This document shows positions 1 through 9,200 of a stretch of 64,000 bases of DNA, one piece after another. Position 1 is the stretch's first letter. Every line of letters begins with the position of its first letter. The notes under the pieces were generated by a model. That model worked only from the letters and a program-made list of their open reading frames with translations. It did not search any database and was not told where the DNA came from. The stretch comes from Desulfohalobiaceae bacterium (lineage in GTDB: Bacteria; Desulfobacterota; Desulfovibrionia; Desulfovibrionales; Desulfothermaceae), in the NCBI GenBank assembly GCA_046546355.1, contig JBKGXZ010000001.1, forward strand, positions 46,787 through 110,786, written 5' to 3'. The position numbers and the translations under genes are program-made.

Positions 1-253
1 GATAGTCCTCTAGCATGGATAAGCCAGCAGGCAGCCTTCTGCCCAGGGCCCAGAAAAGCAGGCGCAGAAGTGTTGAGGCTGCAGTTGTTTTCTTTTGTCT
101 TTGTTGCTAGGCTTCTTGTTTTGGTTCACACTCAGCCCTCGGGCTGCCCCGGAGGTCTGCTGGCAATATTAATCATCTTCAATGCCCGAAGTCAATTTGT
201 TGAGCATAAGCCTGGGCGTTGATTTAGGCAAGTCTGCACCAAAACGTTTGAAC

Positions 254-1336
254 ATGCACAACGAGTTCGATATCTCAGCCTATGATTTCCATCTGCCCCA
301 GGAGCTGATAGCCCAACACCCTCTAAGGCATCGCAGCAGCTCCAGCCTGCTGTTTTTGGAAAGGAGCCTGGGGCATACTCAGGATTACAGCTTCAGGGAT
401 CTGCCCGAGCTTTTGCCCCCGGGTGCCCTGCTGGTTCGCAATGTGAGCCGGGTCTTCCCTGCGCGCTTGCAGGGATTAAAACCCGAGACTCAGGGCAGGG
501 TGGAGTTTTTGCTGACCACCCCGCTGGCCTTGCTCAGCCCCGCCAAGGCCGCTTCAGGCTGGAGCCAGGCCAGGGTGCAAGGACTGCTCAGGCCTGGCAA
601 AGGGGTTTCAGAAGGGCAGAGGATATATATCTCTCCCTGTCTGGAGCTGGAGGTGCTGCACAAGCAAGAGCAGGGAGGCGTTCAGGCCAGGCTTCTCTGG
701 CAGGGAGATCTTGGGCAGCTCCTGGACAGCCAGGCCCAGCTGCCCCTGCCTCCGTATATCAAGAGACAGCCCCAGGCCAGCGATTACGAGCGCTATCAGA
801 CTGTATACGCCAGCCAGTCCAAGACAGGCTCCATAGCAGCGCCTACTGCGGGCCTGCATTTTGACCAGGAAACCATGGCCAGGTTACAGGACAAAGGTTT
901 TGCCTGGGCTGACATCAATTTGTACGTAGGGTATGGGACTTTCAGTCCCCTAAGGGAGCAGGACGTGCGCAGGCACCGTATGCACGCAGAGTATATAGAG
1001 GTAGAGGCCCAGCAGGCAGCCAGGATAGAAGCAGCCAGGCAGCAGGGCAGGCCTGTGGTGGCTGTGGGCACCACCTGTGTGCGGGCCCTGGAAAGCGTGC
1101 TGCGCAACTGTGGAAGGATCCAGGCCTATGCCGGGTGGAGTGAGCTGTACATCTATCCTGGCTTCCAGTTCCAGGTGGTGGACCATATGCTGACCAACTT
1201 CCATCTGCCCAAATCTTCCCTGCTGCTCATGGTATCCGCCTTTGCCGGCAGAGAGAACATCCTGGCGGCTTACCAGGAAGCAGTGCGCAAGGGGTACAGA
1301 TTCTTTTCCTACGGGGACTGTATGCTGATCCTGTAG
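254..1336 (+). CDS. queA: S-adenosylmethionine:tRNA ribosyltransferase-isomerase
   Basis: ORF 182..1336 carries QueA-type motifs (YDFHLPQELIAQHP near the N-terminus, GTTCVRALES, MLTNFHLPKSSLLLMVSAF). The start is moved to the internal ATG at 254 because QueA proteins begin just before the DFxLP motif. Confidence 0.9.
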   Translation: MHNEFDISAYDFHLPQELIAQHPLRHRSSSSLLFLERSLGHTQDYSFRDLPELLPPGALLVRNVSRVFPARLQGLKPETQGRVEFLLTTPLALLSPAKAASGWSQARVQGLLRPGKGVSEGQRIYISPCLELEVLHKQEQGGVQARLLWQGDLGQLLDSQAQLPLPPYIKRQPQASDYERYQTVYASQSKTGSIAAPTAGLHFDQETMARLQDKGFAWADINLYVGYGTFSPLREQDVRRHRMHAEYIEVEAQQAARIEAARQQGRPVVAVGTTCVRALESVLRNCGRIQAYAGWSELYIYPGFQFQVVDHMLTNFHLPKSSLLLMVSAFAGRENILAAYQEAVRKGYRFFSYGDCMLIL

Positions 1337-1426
1337 TAAAAAATCTGGTAACTGTTCACCAGGCAGACTTGTCAATTTGGGGTATATCCTTTATTTATAA
1401 GGGCATATTCAAGCGAGGTATTTGTT

Positions 1427-1672
1427 ATGGGTAGAGTTGAAATCAGACGGGAAAGATGCAAGGGGTGCCTGCTGTGTACCCTGGTGTGTCCGGAGGAGAT
1501 CCTGGTCCAATCCCAGGAGCTGAATTCCCAGGGCTACAGGGTGGTCCAGGTGGCTGCAGGCCAGGAGCAGCAGTGCAAGGGCTGCGCGTTCTGCGCGGAG
1601 ATCTGCCCGGACTGTGTGTTCACAGTATACAGAAAGCCCAAGGAAAAAAAGGTGCAGGAAGATGTCGCCTAG
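1427..1672 (+). CDS. 2-oxoacid:ferredoxin oxidoreductase, delta (2x[4Fe-4S] ferredoxin) subunit
   Basis: 81 aa with two 4Fe-4S cysteine motifs (CKGCLLCTLVCP and CKGCAFCAEICP). It is the first gene of a four-gene OFOR cluster. Confidence 0.8.
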   Translation: MGRVEIRRERCKGCLLCTLVCPEEILVQSQELNSQGYRVVQVAAGQEQQCKGCAFCAEICPDCVFTVYRKPKEKKVQEDVA

Positions 1673-2741
1673 TCAGGACAATTGCAAGAAAATGCTGCTC
1701 AAGGGCAATGAAGCCATAGCCATGGGAGCCATGGCAGCAGGCTGCCAGTGCTATTTTGCCTACCCCATCACCCCCCAGAGCGATATCCCGGAGTATCTCT
1801 CCAGCGTCCTGGTGCAGAGCGGGGGGGAGTTCATCCAGGCAGAAAGCGAGATAGGCGCGGCCAACATGCTCCTGGGCGCTGCAGCCTGCGGCAAGAAGGC
1901 CATGACCTCCTCCTCCAGCCCGGGGATATCCCTGAAGCAGGAGGCCATCTCCTACATGGCGGGCAGCGAGCTGCCGGCAGTGATAGTCAATATCTGCAGG
2001 GGCGGCCCGGGGCTGGGCAGCATAGATCCCTCCCAGGGGGACTACTTCCAGGCCACCAGGGGCGGCGGGCACGGGGACTACCGGACCCTGGTCCTGGCCC
2101 CTGCCAGCTGCCAGGAAGGCTACGATCTAACCATGCTGGCCTTTGAGCTGGCCTTCAAGTACAAAAATCCGGTGCTGCTCCTGGGCGATGCGATACTGGG
2201 CCAGATGAAGGAACCGGTACAGGACTGGGCCCAACGGAACATAGATCCGGATCTGGCCCAGGAATGGCGTCTCTCAGGGGCTAAGAACCGTGAGCCCAGG
2301 CTGATCAAGTCCCTGCATCTGGCTGAAGGCTCCCTGGCTGCGCACAACAGGCGTCTGCAGGAAAAGTACCAGGCCATGCGCCAGGAGGTGCGCTTCGAGG
2401 AGTATCAGACCCAGGATGCCCAGGTGGTAGCAGTGGCCTTCGGCTCCATAGGCAGGATCGTCAAGAGCACTGTACGCAACCTGCGCAAGCAGGGCCTAAA
2501 GGTGGGCCTGTTCAGGCCCATAACCTTGTACCCCTTTCCTCAGGAGCAGCTGCGCAGCCTGGCAGCCCAGGGCAAGAGCTTCATCACCATCGAGAACAAT
2601 TCCGGACAGATGGTGGAAGATGTGCGCCTGGCGGTGCAGGGCCTGGCAGACTCAGAATTTTACGGCAACCTGCCAGGCCAGCTCTCCAAGCCAGAGGATT
2701 TCCAGGCCCCGATCCAGGAGCTCCTGCAAAAGGCCAACTAG
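1662..2741 (+). CDS. 2-oxoacid:ferredoxin oxidoreductase, alpha subunit
   Basis: ORF 1614..2741 has an alpha-subunit N-terminus (LLKGNEAIAMGAMAAGCQCYFAYPITPQSDI). The start is set at ATG 1662, overlapping the delta stop; ATG 1692 is an alternative. Substrate (pyruvate, 2-oxoglutarate or 2-oxoisovalerate) cannot be decided from sequence alone. Confidence 0.85.
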   Translation: MSPSQDNCKKMLLKGNEAIAMGAMAAGCQCYFAYPITPQSDIPEYLSSVLVQSGGEFIQAESEIGAANMLLGAAACGKKAMTSSSSPGISLKQEAISYMAGSELPAVIVNICRGGPGLGSIDPSQGDYFQATRGGGHGDYRTLVLAPASCQEGYDLTMLAFELAFKYKNPVLLLGDAILGQMKEPVQDWAQRNIDPDLAQEWRLSGAKNREPRLIKSLHLAEGSLAAHNRRLQEKYQAMRQEVRFEEYQTQDAQVVAVAFGSIGRIVKSTVRNLRKQGLKVGLFRPITLYPFPQEQLRSLAAQGKSFITIENNSGQMVEDVRLAVQGLADSEFYGNLPGQLSKPEDFQAPIQELLQKAN

Positions 2742-2798
2742 CAAGCAGGCTCTGCTCTGGGGCCAGATCAGACAAAAAGCCATTATAAGGAATCTGCC

Positions 2799-3560
2799 AT
2801 GTATACAGAACAGGAAAAACAGGTCTTCTCTCCTCCGGGGATCATGACCGACCAGGCCATGCATTTCTGCCCAGGATGCCACCACGGGATAATCCACAGG
2901 CTGCTGGGCCAGTGTCTGGAGGACATGGGCCTGCAGGAAGATACCATCTGTGTAGGATCGGTGGGCTGCTCAGTTTTCATATACAATTACCTCAGCCTGG
3001 ATGCGGTGGAAGCGCCCCACGGCAGGGCGGCCGCAGTAGCCACCGGGGTCAAGCGGGCCAATCCGGAGAACATTGTCTTTACCTATCAAGGCGACGGGGA
3101 CCTGGCAGCCATAGGCCTGTCCGAGATTATGTACTGCGCCAACAGGGGAGAGAAGGTCTGCGTGATCTTTGTGAACAACACTGTCTACGGCATGACCGGG
3201 GGCCAGATGGCCCCCACCACCATGGTGGGCCAGAACACCACCACCTCCCCTGGAGGCAGGAAACAGGAACGGGACGGGGCTCCGCTGCGCATGGCCGAGA
3301 TCCTGTCCTCACTGGAGGGCACTGCCTACTCTGCCAGGGTGGCTGTAGACGGCGTAAAGCATATCAAGCAGGCCAAGAAGGCCCTGCGCAAGGCTTTTCA
3401 GGCCCAGATGCAGGGCCTGGGCCTGGGGTTTGTGGAGTTTTTGTCCGCCTGCCCCACCAATTGGCACATGAGCCCCATTCAGGCCAATCACAGGGTCTCC
3501 GATGAGCTCACCCAGTACTTCCCGTTGCAGACTTTCAAGGACACTTTGACAACAGAATAA
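2799..3560 (+). CDS. 2-oxoacid:ferredoxin oxidoreductase, beta (TPP-binding) subunit
   Basis: Contains the CPGCHHG motif and a TPP-binding GDG...NN signature (YQGDGDLAAIG ... VNNTVYGMTGGQ). Confidence 0.9.
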   Translation: MYTEQEKQVFSPPGIMTDQAMHFCPGCHHGIIHRLLGQCLEDMGLQEDTICVGSVGCSVFIYNYLSLDAVEAPHGRAAAVATGVKRANPENIVFTYQGDGDLAAIGLSEIMYCANRGEKVCVIFVNNTVYGMTGGQMAPTTMVGQNTTTSPGGRKQERDGAPLRMAEILSSLEGTAYSARVAVDGVKHIKQAKKALRKAFQAQMQGLGLGFVEFLSACPTNWHMSPIQANHRVSDELTQYFPLQTFKDTLTTE

Positions 3561-3577
3561 ACCAACAGGGATCTATT

Positions 3578-4129
3578 TTGTACCAAGACGTGATCATAGC
3601 GGGTTTCGGAGGCCAAGGGGTGATGCTGATCGGCAACCTCCTGGCCTATGCCGGGATGAACATGGGCCTGCAGGTGACCTATATGCCTGTCTACGGGGTG
3701 GAAATGCGCGGAGGGACCGCAAACTGCACTGTGGTCCTGAGCGACGAGGAGATAGGCTCGCCCATTATCTATCAGCCGAACAGCCTGATAGTCATGAATC
3801 AGCCCTCCCTGGACAAGTTCCTTCCCAGGCTCTTGCCCCAGGGGGTGCTGATCTACAACTCCTCCATTATACAGGTTGCGCCAGATGTCGAACCCGGGCA
3901 GCAGGTCCAGGCAGTTCCAGCCAACGAGCTGGCCCATGAGCTCGGGGATGGCAGGATGGCCAATATGGTTATCCTAGGCGCCTGGGTGCAGGCAGTGGGT
4001 GCTGTGGGTCTGCAGGCAGCTAAGGACAGCCTGCAGGAGGTGATCTCCAGCCGCAACCAGCACTTGATGCCCAAGAATCAGCAGGCACTGCAGTCCGGGG
4101 CAGAGCATGTCTCCTGCCAGCCTGCTTAG
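3578..4129 (+). CDS. 2-oxoacid:ferredoxin oxidoreductase, gamma subunit
   Basis: Gamma-subunit N-terminus IIAGFGGQGVMLIG. TTG start at 3578, 18 nt after the beta stop. Confidence 0.85.
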   Translation: MYQDVIIAGFGGQGVMLIGNLLAYAGMNMGLQVTYMPVYGVEMRGGTANCTVVLSDEEIGSPIIYQPNSLIVMNQPSLDKFLPRLLPQGVLIYNSSIIQVAPDVEPGQQVQAVPANELAHELGDGRMANMVILGAWVQAVGAVGLQAAKDSLQEVISSRNQHLMPKNQQALQSGAEHVSCQPA

Positions 4130-4183
4130 GCCAGGCCCAAGGCCAGTCAGGATCCAGGAACCAGCTTAGCTAAGGAGCCGGCC

Positions 4184-5023
4184 ATGCCGGAGGATGTATT
4201 CGTGCCAGAAGGGCTTTTGGGCCTGCTGGGCCATCCAGTGGGCCACTCCCTGGGGCCCTTGCTGCACAATTGGGCACTGCAGAAGCAGTGCCTGCCATGG
4301 GTGTATATGTCCTGGTCCGTGCCTGATCAGGAGCTGCAGGGCTTCATGGCTGCTCTGCGCCTGCTGCAAATAGCCGGGCTGAGCGTAACAATTCCGCACA
4401 AGCAGGCTGTGATGCCTTATGTGAGCACCTGCAGCCTGGCAGCGCAAAAGACCGGGGCAGTGAACACCCTGTATTGGTCCCAAGGGGAGCTTTGCGGTGA
4501 GAATACGGATTGCGCTGGATTTGCAGCCCCGCTTCAGGACTTGAATCCTGGGCCTGCATCCGCCTTGATCCTGGGCAGCGGGGGGGCTGCGCGGGCCTGC
4601 ATCGTGGCTCTGCAGGATATGGGCCTGCAGAGCATCCGGGTCTGCTCCCGCAATGCGCAGCGTCTAAGGTCCCTGGAGCAGGAATTTAGGGTCCTGGTTT
4701 TACCTTGGGAGAACAGAGCCCAGGCAGAGGCGGAACTGTTGGTGAACGCCACTCCGCTGGGCATGTCCGGCGCCAGGCAGGAGGCAAGCCCTATGCCTGC
4801 AGAGTCCCTGGGCAGCTTCTTATGGGTCTACGACCTGGTGTACAATCCACTGCACACTCGACTGATGCAGGAGGCTGCTGGGCAGGGCTGTAGGGCTATC
4901 TCCGGGCTGGAAATGTTTCTGCACCAGGCCCAGGCCCAGTTCAGACTCTGGAGCGGCAGGGAGTTTGATGTGCAGCAGGCCAGGCAGCTGTTGCTCCGAA
5001 AACTGGGCCAGGATCTGGGGTAG
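4184..5023 (+). CDS. aroE: shikimate dehydrogenase
   Basis: Motifs GLLGHPVGHSLGPLLHN, SVTIPHK, NTD and the LGSGGAARA dinucleotide fold. AAGGAG lies upstream of the ATG. Confidence 0.85.
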   Translation: MPEDVFVPEGLLGLLGHPVGHSLGPLLHNWALQKQCLPWVYMSWSVPDQELQGFMAALRLLQIAGLSVTIPHKQAVMPYVSTCSLAAQKTGAVNTLYWSQGELCGENTDCAGFAAPLQDLNPGPASALILGSGGAARACIVALQDMGLQSIRVCSRNAQRLRSLEQEFRVLVLPWENRAQAEAELLVNATPLGMSGARQEASPMPAESLGSFLWVYDLVYNPLHTRLMQEAAGQGCRAISGLEMFLHQAQAQFRLWSGREFDVQQARQLLLRKLGQDLG

Positions 5024-5035
5024 CAGAGCAGGGCT

Positions 5036-6895
5036 CTAGTCCAGATATATCTTGATCTGATCCCCGGGACGGATTTGGGAGCTGCGCCTCAGCTCATTCC
5101 AGGCCAGCAGCTCCTTGGTGCTGACCCCGAATTTGCGGGCAATATCCCAGAGGCTGTCGCCTTTTTGGACCTGATAATTGACCAGCTCGGCATGGGCTGC
5201 TTCAGCCTTGCTTCTGGCCAGCTCTTCCTGTCCCTGTTCCAGGTCAGGGATGTACAGCTTGTTCCCAATCCGCAGCCTGGGCTGATCCTGCAGCCCGTTG
5301 GCCTGGATCAAGGTCTGCAGCCCCACATCGAATCTTCGGGCTAGAGACCAGAGGCTGTCCCCTTTTTGCACCGTGTAGTTCGCTCTGCGCTGGGCTATCT
5401 CCTGGGTGCTGCCCTGCTGACCTTGGGGGATGCGTAGCTCTTGCCCCGGCCGAATGGGCTGCCCTGGTTGCAGCTTGTTGGCAGAGCGCAGCTCCTGCAC
5501 GCTGCAGTCGCTTCTGGCTGCGATATCCCAGAGGTTGTCTCCCTTTTGTACGGTGTAGCTGCCTGTGAAATCTTTGCCCTGGGCCAGATGTTCATCTGAT
5601 TGGGCCTGGGCGGGAATGAGCACAGACTGTCCCGGCTGGAGCGTGTTGGATTGGGTCTGGTTCATTCTTTTGAGTTCCTTCATGGGCACGTCAAAGCGTC
5701 TAGAGATGGTCCACCAGGAATCCCCTGATCTGACCTGGTATCTTTGCAGACCTGAATACGGGGTGGCAGAAGGGTCCTGGAGATGCTCCCTGGCCTGGGC
5801 TAAAAGCTCCTGGGGCAGGTAGACTTTGGTCTTGCGCTCCGGTGGGCTGGCGGAGCGCCTGAATGCGGGATTCAGCTCTATAAACCTGGACCACTTAAGG
5901 CCCACGGCAGAGGCCAGGGCCTGCAGATCCGAACCCTGGGGCAGCTCCAGGGAGTTTGCCTGGTCTGGTGCATCCCAACTAAGGGGTTCGAAGCCTAGGT
6001 TCTGCAGGTTGCGCATGATCTTTAACACAGCCATGAACTTGGGCACGTAATTCCTGGTCTCCCGGGGCAAGTGCTTTCTTTCCTGCAGGGCAAAGAAGCA
6101 GTCCTGGCCGTTGTGCCTCAGGGCCCTGGAGACTGTGCCCTGGCCTGCATTGTAGGCAGCCAGCACCAGATACCAGTCCCCGAACTGGTCATAGAGCTCG
6201 TTTAGGTAGCTTGCTGCAGCATGGGTGGAAAGATAGGGGTCCCTGCGCTCATCTATCCACCAGTCCACATTCAGGTCCAGGCTGCGAGCAGTATCGGGCA
6301 TGAACTGCCAGATCCCGGATGCTCCTGATCTGGAAGATGCCTTGGGATCGAACCCGCTCTCAGCAAAGGGCAAAAAGATCAGATCCTGGGGTAGGCCGTG
6401 CTCTGTGAAAACCTTGCGGATATAGGGCAGGTACCTCTCCGCGCGCTTTACCCAGCGCTGGAACATTTCCTGGTTCTTTTGGGTATAGTGCTGGATGTAC
6501 TGTCCTACCACCTTGGTCTCCCGCAGGTCCAGCTCAAAGCTTATCTCTGGCTCGGTGCGCAAGGCCTTTCTCTGGGAAGGACCCAAAATGGGCTGGAAGG
6601 GCAAGTCTGCCAGGGGCTCCAGCAACGCCGGCTCCAAAGGCCGCAGGATATCCTGATCCAGGTCCTGGAGGGTGTGGGAGCTCTGTAGCCTGCTGCGGCC
6701 CAGGCTTGCACCCTCTGCAGCAAGAGCGTCCTGGGGCACAGGGATGTACCCAGGATCCAGCCTTTGCTGTGCCTGGGAGCCTTGCTGTTGCCCCGGGGCG
6801 GTGCTGGAGAGAGGGGCGCAGGCTGCAAGCAGGCCCAGCTGCGCGGCAAGGGCCAAGAGCAGGAGGGTTTTGAAAAAATATTGGTAGTTGGGCAT
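5036..6895 (-). CDS. membrane-bound lytic murein transglycosylase (MltD-like) with four LysM repeats
   Basis: Lipoprotein-type signal peptide (LLAAC lipobox). SLT catalytic region AESGFDPKASSRSGASGIWQFMP. Four C-terminal Y-x-V-x-x-GDSLW-type LysM repeats. Confidence 0.85.
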   Translation of the reverse strand: MPNYQYFFKTLLLLALAAQLGLLAACAPLSSTAPGQQQGSQAQQRLDPGYIPVPQDALAAEGASLGRSRLQSSHTLQDLDQDILRPLEPALLEPLADLPFQPILGPSQRKALRTEPEISFELDLRETKVVGQYIQHYTQKNQEMFQRWVKRAERYLPYIRKVFTEHGLPQDLIFLPFAESGFDPKASSRSGASGIWQFMPDTARSLDLNVDWWIDERRDPYLSTHAAASYLNELYDQFGDWYLVLAAYNAGQGTVSRALRHNGQDCFFALQERKHLPRETRNYVPKFMAVLKIMRNLQNLGFEPLSWDAPDQANSLELPQGSDLQALASAVGLKWSRFIELNPAFRRSASPPERKTKVYLPQELLAQAREHLQDPSATPYSGLQRYQVRSGDSWWTISRRFDVPMKELKRMNQTQSNTLQPGQSVLIPAQAQSDEHLAQGKDFTGSYTVQKGDNLWDIAARSDCSVQELRSANKLQPGQPIRPGQELRIPQGQQGSTQEIAQRRANYTVQKGDSLWSLARRFDVGLQTLIQANGLQDQPRLRIGNKLYIPDLEQGQEELARSKAEAAHAELVNYQVQKGDSLWDIARKFGVSTKELLAWNELRRSSQIRPGDQIKIYLD

Positions 6896-7092
6896 ATGGT
6901 AACACTTCAGCGAATGTTATACGCTATAACAGTTGAATTCATTGCAGGGATTCCCAACGCAGGCGGGGCCACAAATTTTTCGTCCCTACTACTCCAGGCG
7001 CAGCTCATAGTACAGAAGAACATGAAAAATAATTTTTGTCTAACTTTCGTTGGAGATGACATAGTTGCGTATCTCCTAAGGAGCCAAAAAGC

Positions 7093-7848
7093 ATGGGTCA
7101 ACAGGAACAATCTCAGCAAAGCCTGGTGGCGGGCAGAAGGAGCGTTGTGGAGTATCTGCACCGAGCTGCTGATCAGGTGGACACAGTCTGGCTGCAAAAG
7201 GGCAAAGAAAAAGAGCTGGGCCAGATCCTGGAACTCTGTAGGAGTCAAGGCATCAGATTTCAGATTCTGGACAAGGCAGGCCTGGACCGAGCAGCTGGCA
7301 ACCTTAAACACCAAGGCGTCCTGGCTAGGATATTCAAGTCTGGATTCTCCACCCCGGGGGAGGCTCTGCACAGGCTGGGCTCTGCCAAGCTGCCTGTGCT
7401 CCTGGCCCTGGACCAGGTCCAGGACTCTGGAAACCTTGGGGTCCTGAGCAGAACCATGCTCGCCTTGGGAGGTGCGGGCTTGGTGCTGCCTAAGAACAGA
7501 ACCGCCTCTCCGGGCAGCAGGGCTGTGAAGTCAGCGGCCGGGGCCCTGAGCAGGCTGCCTGTGACACGCGTGACAAACTTGGCCAGATTTTTGGAGCTGT
7601 GTCAAGCTGAATCGGTCAGTATCTATTACGCAGGCACTGACCAAGGCTGTACAGATGTGTTTAGCTATTGCCTGAGGACCCCGGCAGTACTGGTTCTGGG
7701 CAACGAGGAAAAAGGGGTCAGGCCCGGGGTGCGGAAAAGATGCGCAACAGGGCTGCGCATTCCCATGTGCGGGGATTTTGACTCCCTGAACGTGGCCCAG
7801 GCCGGGGCGATCATCCTGGGGGAGTTCCTGAGGCAGAGCCTTAGTTGA
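7093..7848 (+). CDS. SpoU/TrmH-family RNA 2'-O-methyltransferase (RlmB-like)
   Basis: C-terminal SpoU motifs (LVLGNEEKGV, IPMCGDFDSLNVAQAGAIIL). AAGGAG lies upstream. The 3' end overlaps the convergent fliQ by 8 nt. Confidence 0.8.
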   Translation: MGQQEQSQQSLVAGRRSVVEYLHRAADQVDTVWLQKGKEKELGQILELCRSQGIRFQILDKAGLDRAAGNLKHQGVLARIFKSGFSTPGEALHRLGSAKLPVLLALDQVQDSGNLGVLSRTMLALGGAGLVLPKNRTASPGSRAVKSAAGALSRLPVTRVTNLARFLELCQAESVSIYYAGTDQGCTDVFSYCLRTPAVLVLGNEEKGVRPGVRKRCATGLRIPMCGDFDSLNVAQAGAIILGEFLRQSLS

Positions 7849-8110
7849 TGTAGTTGGGGATGTTCAGAATAAGTTCCCTGGTGAAACTGACCATTTTGTT
7901 CATCAGCCAGGGGAAGACTATCAACAGGGTCAGGAACATGGCCAGGATCTTGGGCACAAAGGTCAGGGTCATCTCCTGGATCTGAGTTGCGGCCTGCAGG
8001 ATGCTGATTATCACTCCCACCAAAAGGCCCACCCCCAGCATGGGCAAGGACATCATCAGTGCGATTTCAATGGCTTCTCTTGCAAAGCCTACAATAAACT
8101 CCGGACTCAT
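7841..8110 (-). CDS. fliQ: flagellar export apparatus protein FliQ
   Basis: 89-aa two-helix membrane protein directly downstream of fliP. An AGGAG RBS lies 6 nt upstream. Confidence 0.9.
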   Translation of the reverse strand: MSPEFIVGFAREAIEIALMMSLPMLGVGLLVGVIISILQAATQIQEMTLTFVPKILAMFLTLLIVFPWLMNKMVSFTRELILNIPNYIN

Positions 8111-8125
8111 ATTTAGCTCCTGTTT

Positions 8126-8923
8126 TTAACCAAAGCTGTTCACCAGTGAACCCACCAACAGGTTCCAGCCATCCGCCATAACGAACAAAAGGGCCTTGAA
8201 AGGCAGGGATATCATGATCGGAGGCAGCATCATCATGCCCATGGAAAGCAAAATGCTGGCCACCACCATATCGATGATCAAAAAGGGCACATAGATCAGA
8301 AAGCCGATCTCGAAACCTGTCTTCAGCTCGCTGATCATGAAAGCCGGCACCAAGAGCAGGGTCGGTACCTCCTCCCGATTCTCAGGGGCCTCGATCTGGG
8401 CCACGGAATAGAACAGGGACAGATCCTTCTCCCGGGTGTTCTTGAACAAAAAGCCCCGCAGGGGTTCTTCAGCGTTGGCCAGGGCCTCCTGGTAGCCTAT
8501 TTCCTCCTCCAGATAGGGTTGCAGGGCCTGGCTGTTGATTTCCTTGCCCAAGGGGAACATGATCACAAAGGTCATGAATATGGCCAGGCTGATCAATACC
8601 TGATTGGGAGGCATCTGCTGGGTGCCCAAGGCCTGACGCAGGAAGGAAAAGACTATAATTATTCTGGTGAAGGAGGTGACTGTCAAAATGATGGCAGGGG
8701 CCAGGGAGAGTACCGTGAGCAAAAACAGGATTTCCAGAGCCACCGAGACCTGTTCCGGCTCTGCCTGACCTGCGCTCATCTCCAGGTTCAGGGTGGGGGC
8801 TGTGGGGCCTTCAATCCCGACGGCCTGTACTGGGACCAGTAGCAGACAAAGGATTGTCAGGGCTGGTATCAGCAGCCTTCTGCAATTGGGTTTGGAAATG
8901 GTCTTGATTTTCAGGTACATCAT
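8126..8923 (-). CDS. fliP: flagellar export apparatus protein FliP
   Basis: Signal peptide followed by the conserved FTRIIIVFSFLRQALG and PNQVLISLAIFMTFVIM regions. Confidence 0.9.
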   Translation of the reverse strand: MMYLKIKTISKPNCRRLLIPALTILCLLLVPVQAVGIEGPTAPTLNLEMSAGQAEPEQVSVALEILFLLTVLSLAPAIILTVTSFTRIIIVFSFLRQALGTQQMPPNQVLISLAIFMTFVIMFPLGKEINSQALQPYLEEEIGYQEALANAEEPLRGFLFKNTREKDLSLFYSVAQIEAPENREEVPTLLLVPAFMISELKTGFEIGFLIYVPFLIIDMVVASILLSMGMMMLPPIMISLPFKALLFVMADGWNLLVGSLVNSFG

Positions 8924-9200
8924 CTGCTTCTGCCAGGAGTTGGATGTTTGTGTCTGTTACCCCTAACAGTAGCAGTCTATTCAAGAATCGGACCAAGACC
9001 AGCTGTTTTTTGGGACCCAGCCCTACCTGACCCAGAATCTTGATCTCTTTGCTGCCGGAAAAACGCAGCCCAGCCTTAGGCCCGAAACGCTTGAGCAGAT
9101 AGAAGCCAAGCAGGATCAGACCCAGGAGCAAAAGCAGGCTGCCAGCCACCTTCAGGCTGGCTAGCCCCAGGGAGATATCCGAAAGCCCGTTATCATCCAA
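8811..9200 (-). CDS. fliO: flagellar biosynthesis protein FliO
   Basis: Single-TM protein (LKVAGSLLLLLGLILLGFYLL) located between fliN and fliP. The ORF-track N-terminus overlaps fliN, so the start is placed at the in-frame TTG 9200, overlapping the fliN stop. The 3' end overlaps fliP by 113 nt. Confidence 0.5.
   Translation of the reverse strand: MDDNGLSDISLGLASLKVAGSLLLLLGLILLGFYLLKRFGPKAGLRFSGSKEIKILGQVGLGPKKQLVLVRFLNRLLLLGVTDTNIQLLAEADDVPENQDHFQTQLQKAADTSPDNPLSATGPSTGRRD

Noticed and set aside
182-253. N-terminal extensions in the supplied ORF track. They affect queA (182..253), era (15681..15971), topA (15819..15872), lpxK (41685..41837), pheS (24421..24495), the gene after rub (43671..43856), lolD (58570..58659) and the motB paralog (13107..13166).
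   Set aside because: The extensions lack family conservation, often overlap the neighbouring gene, and better-placed starts (frequently with a Shine-Dalgarno sequence) exist downstream. The track also reports GTG/TTG starts as M.
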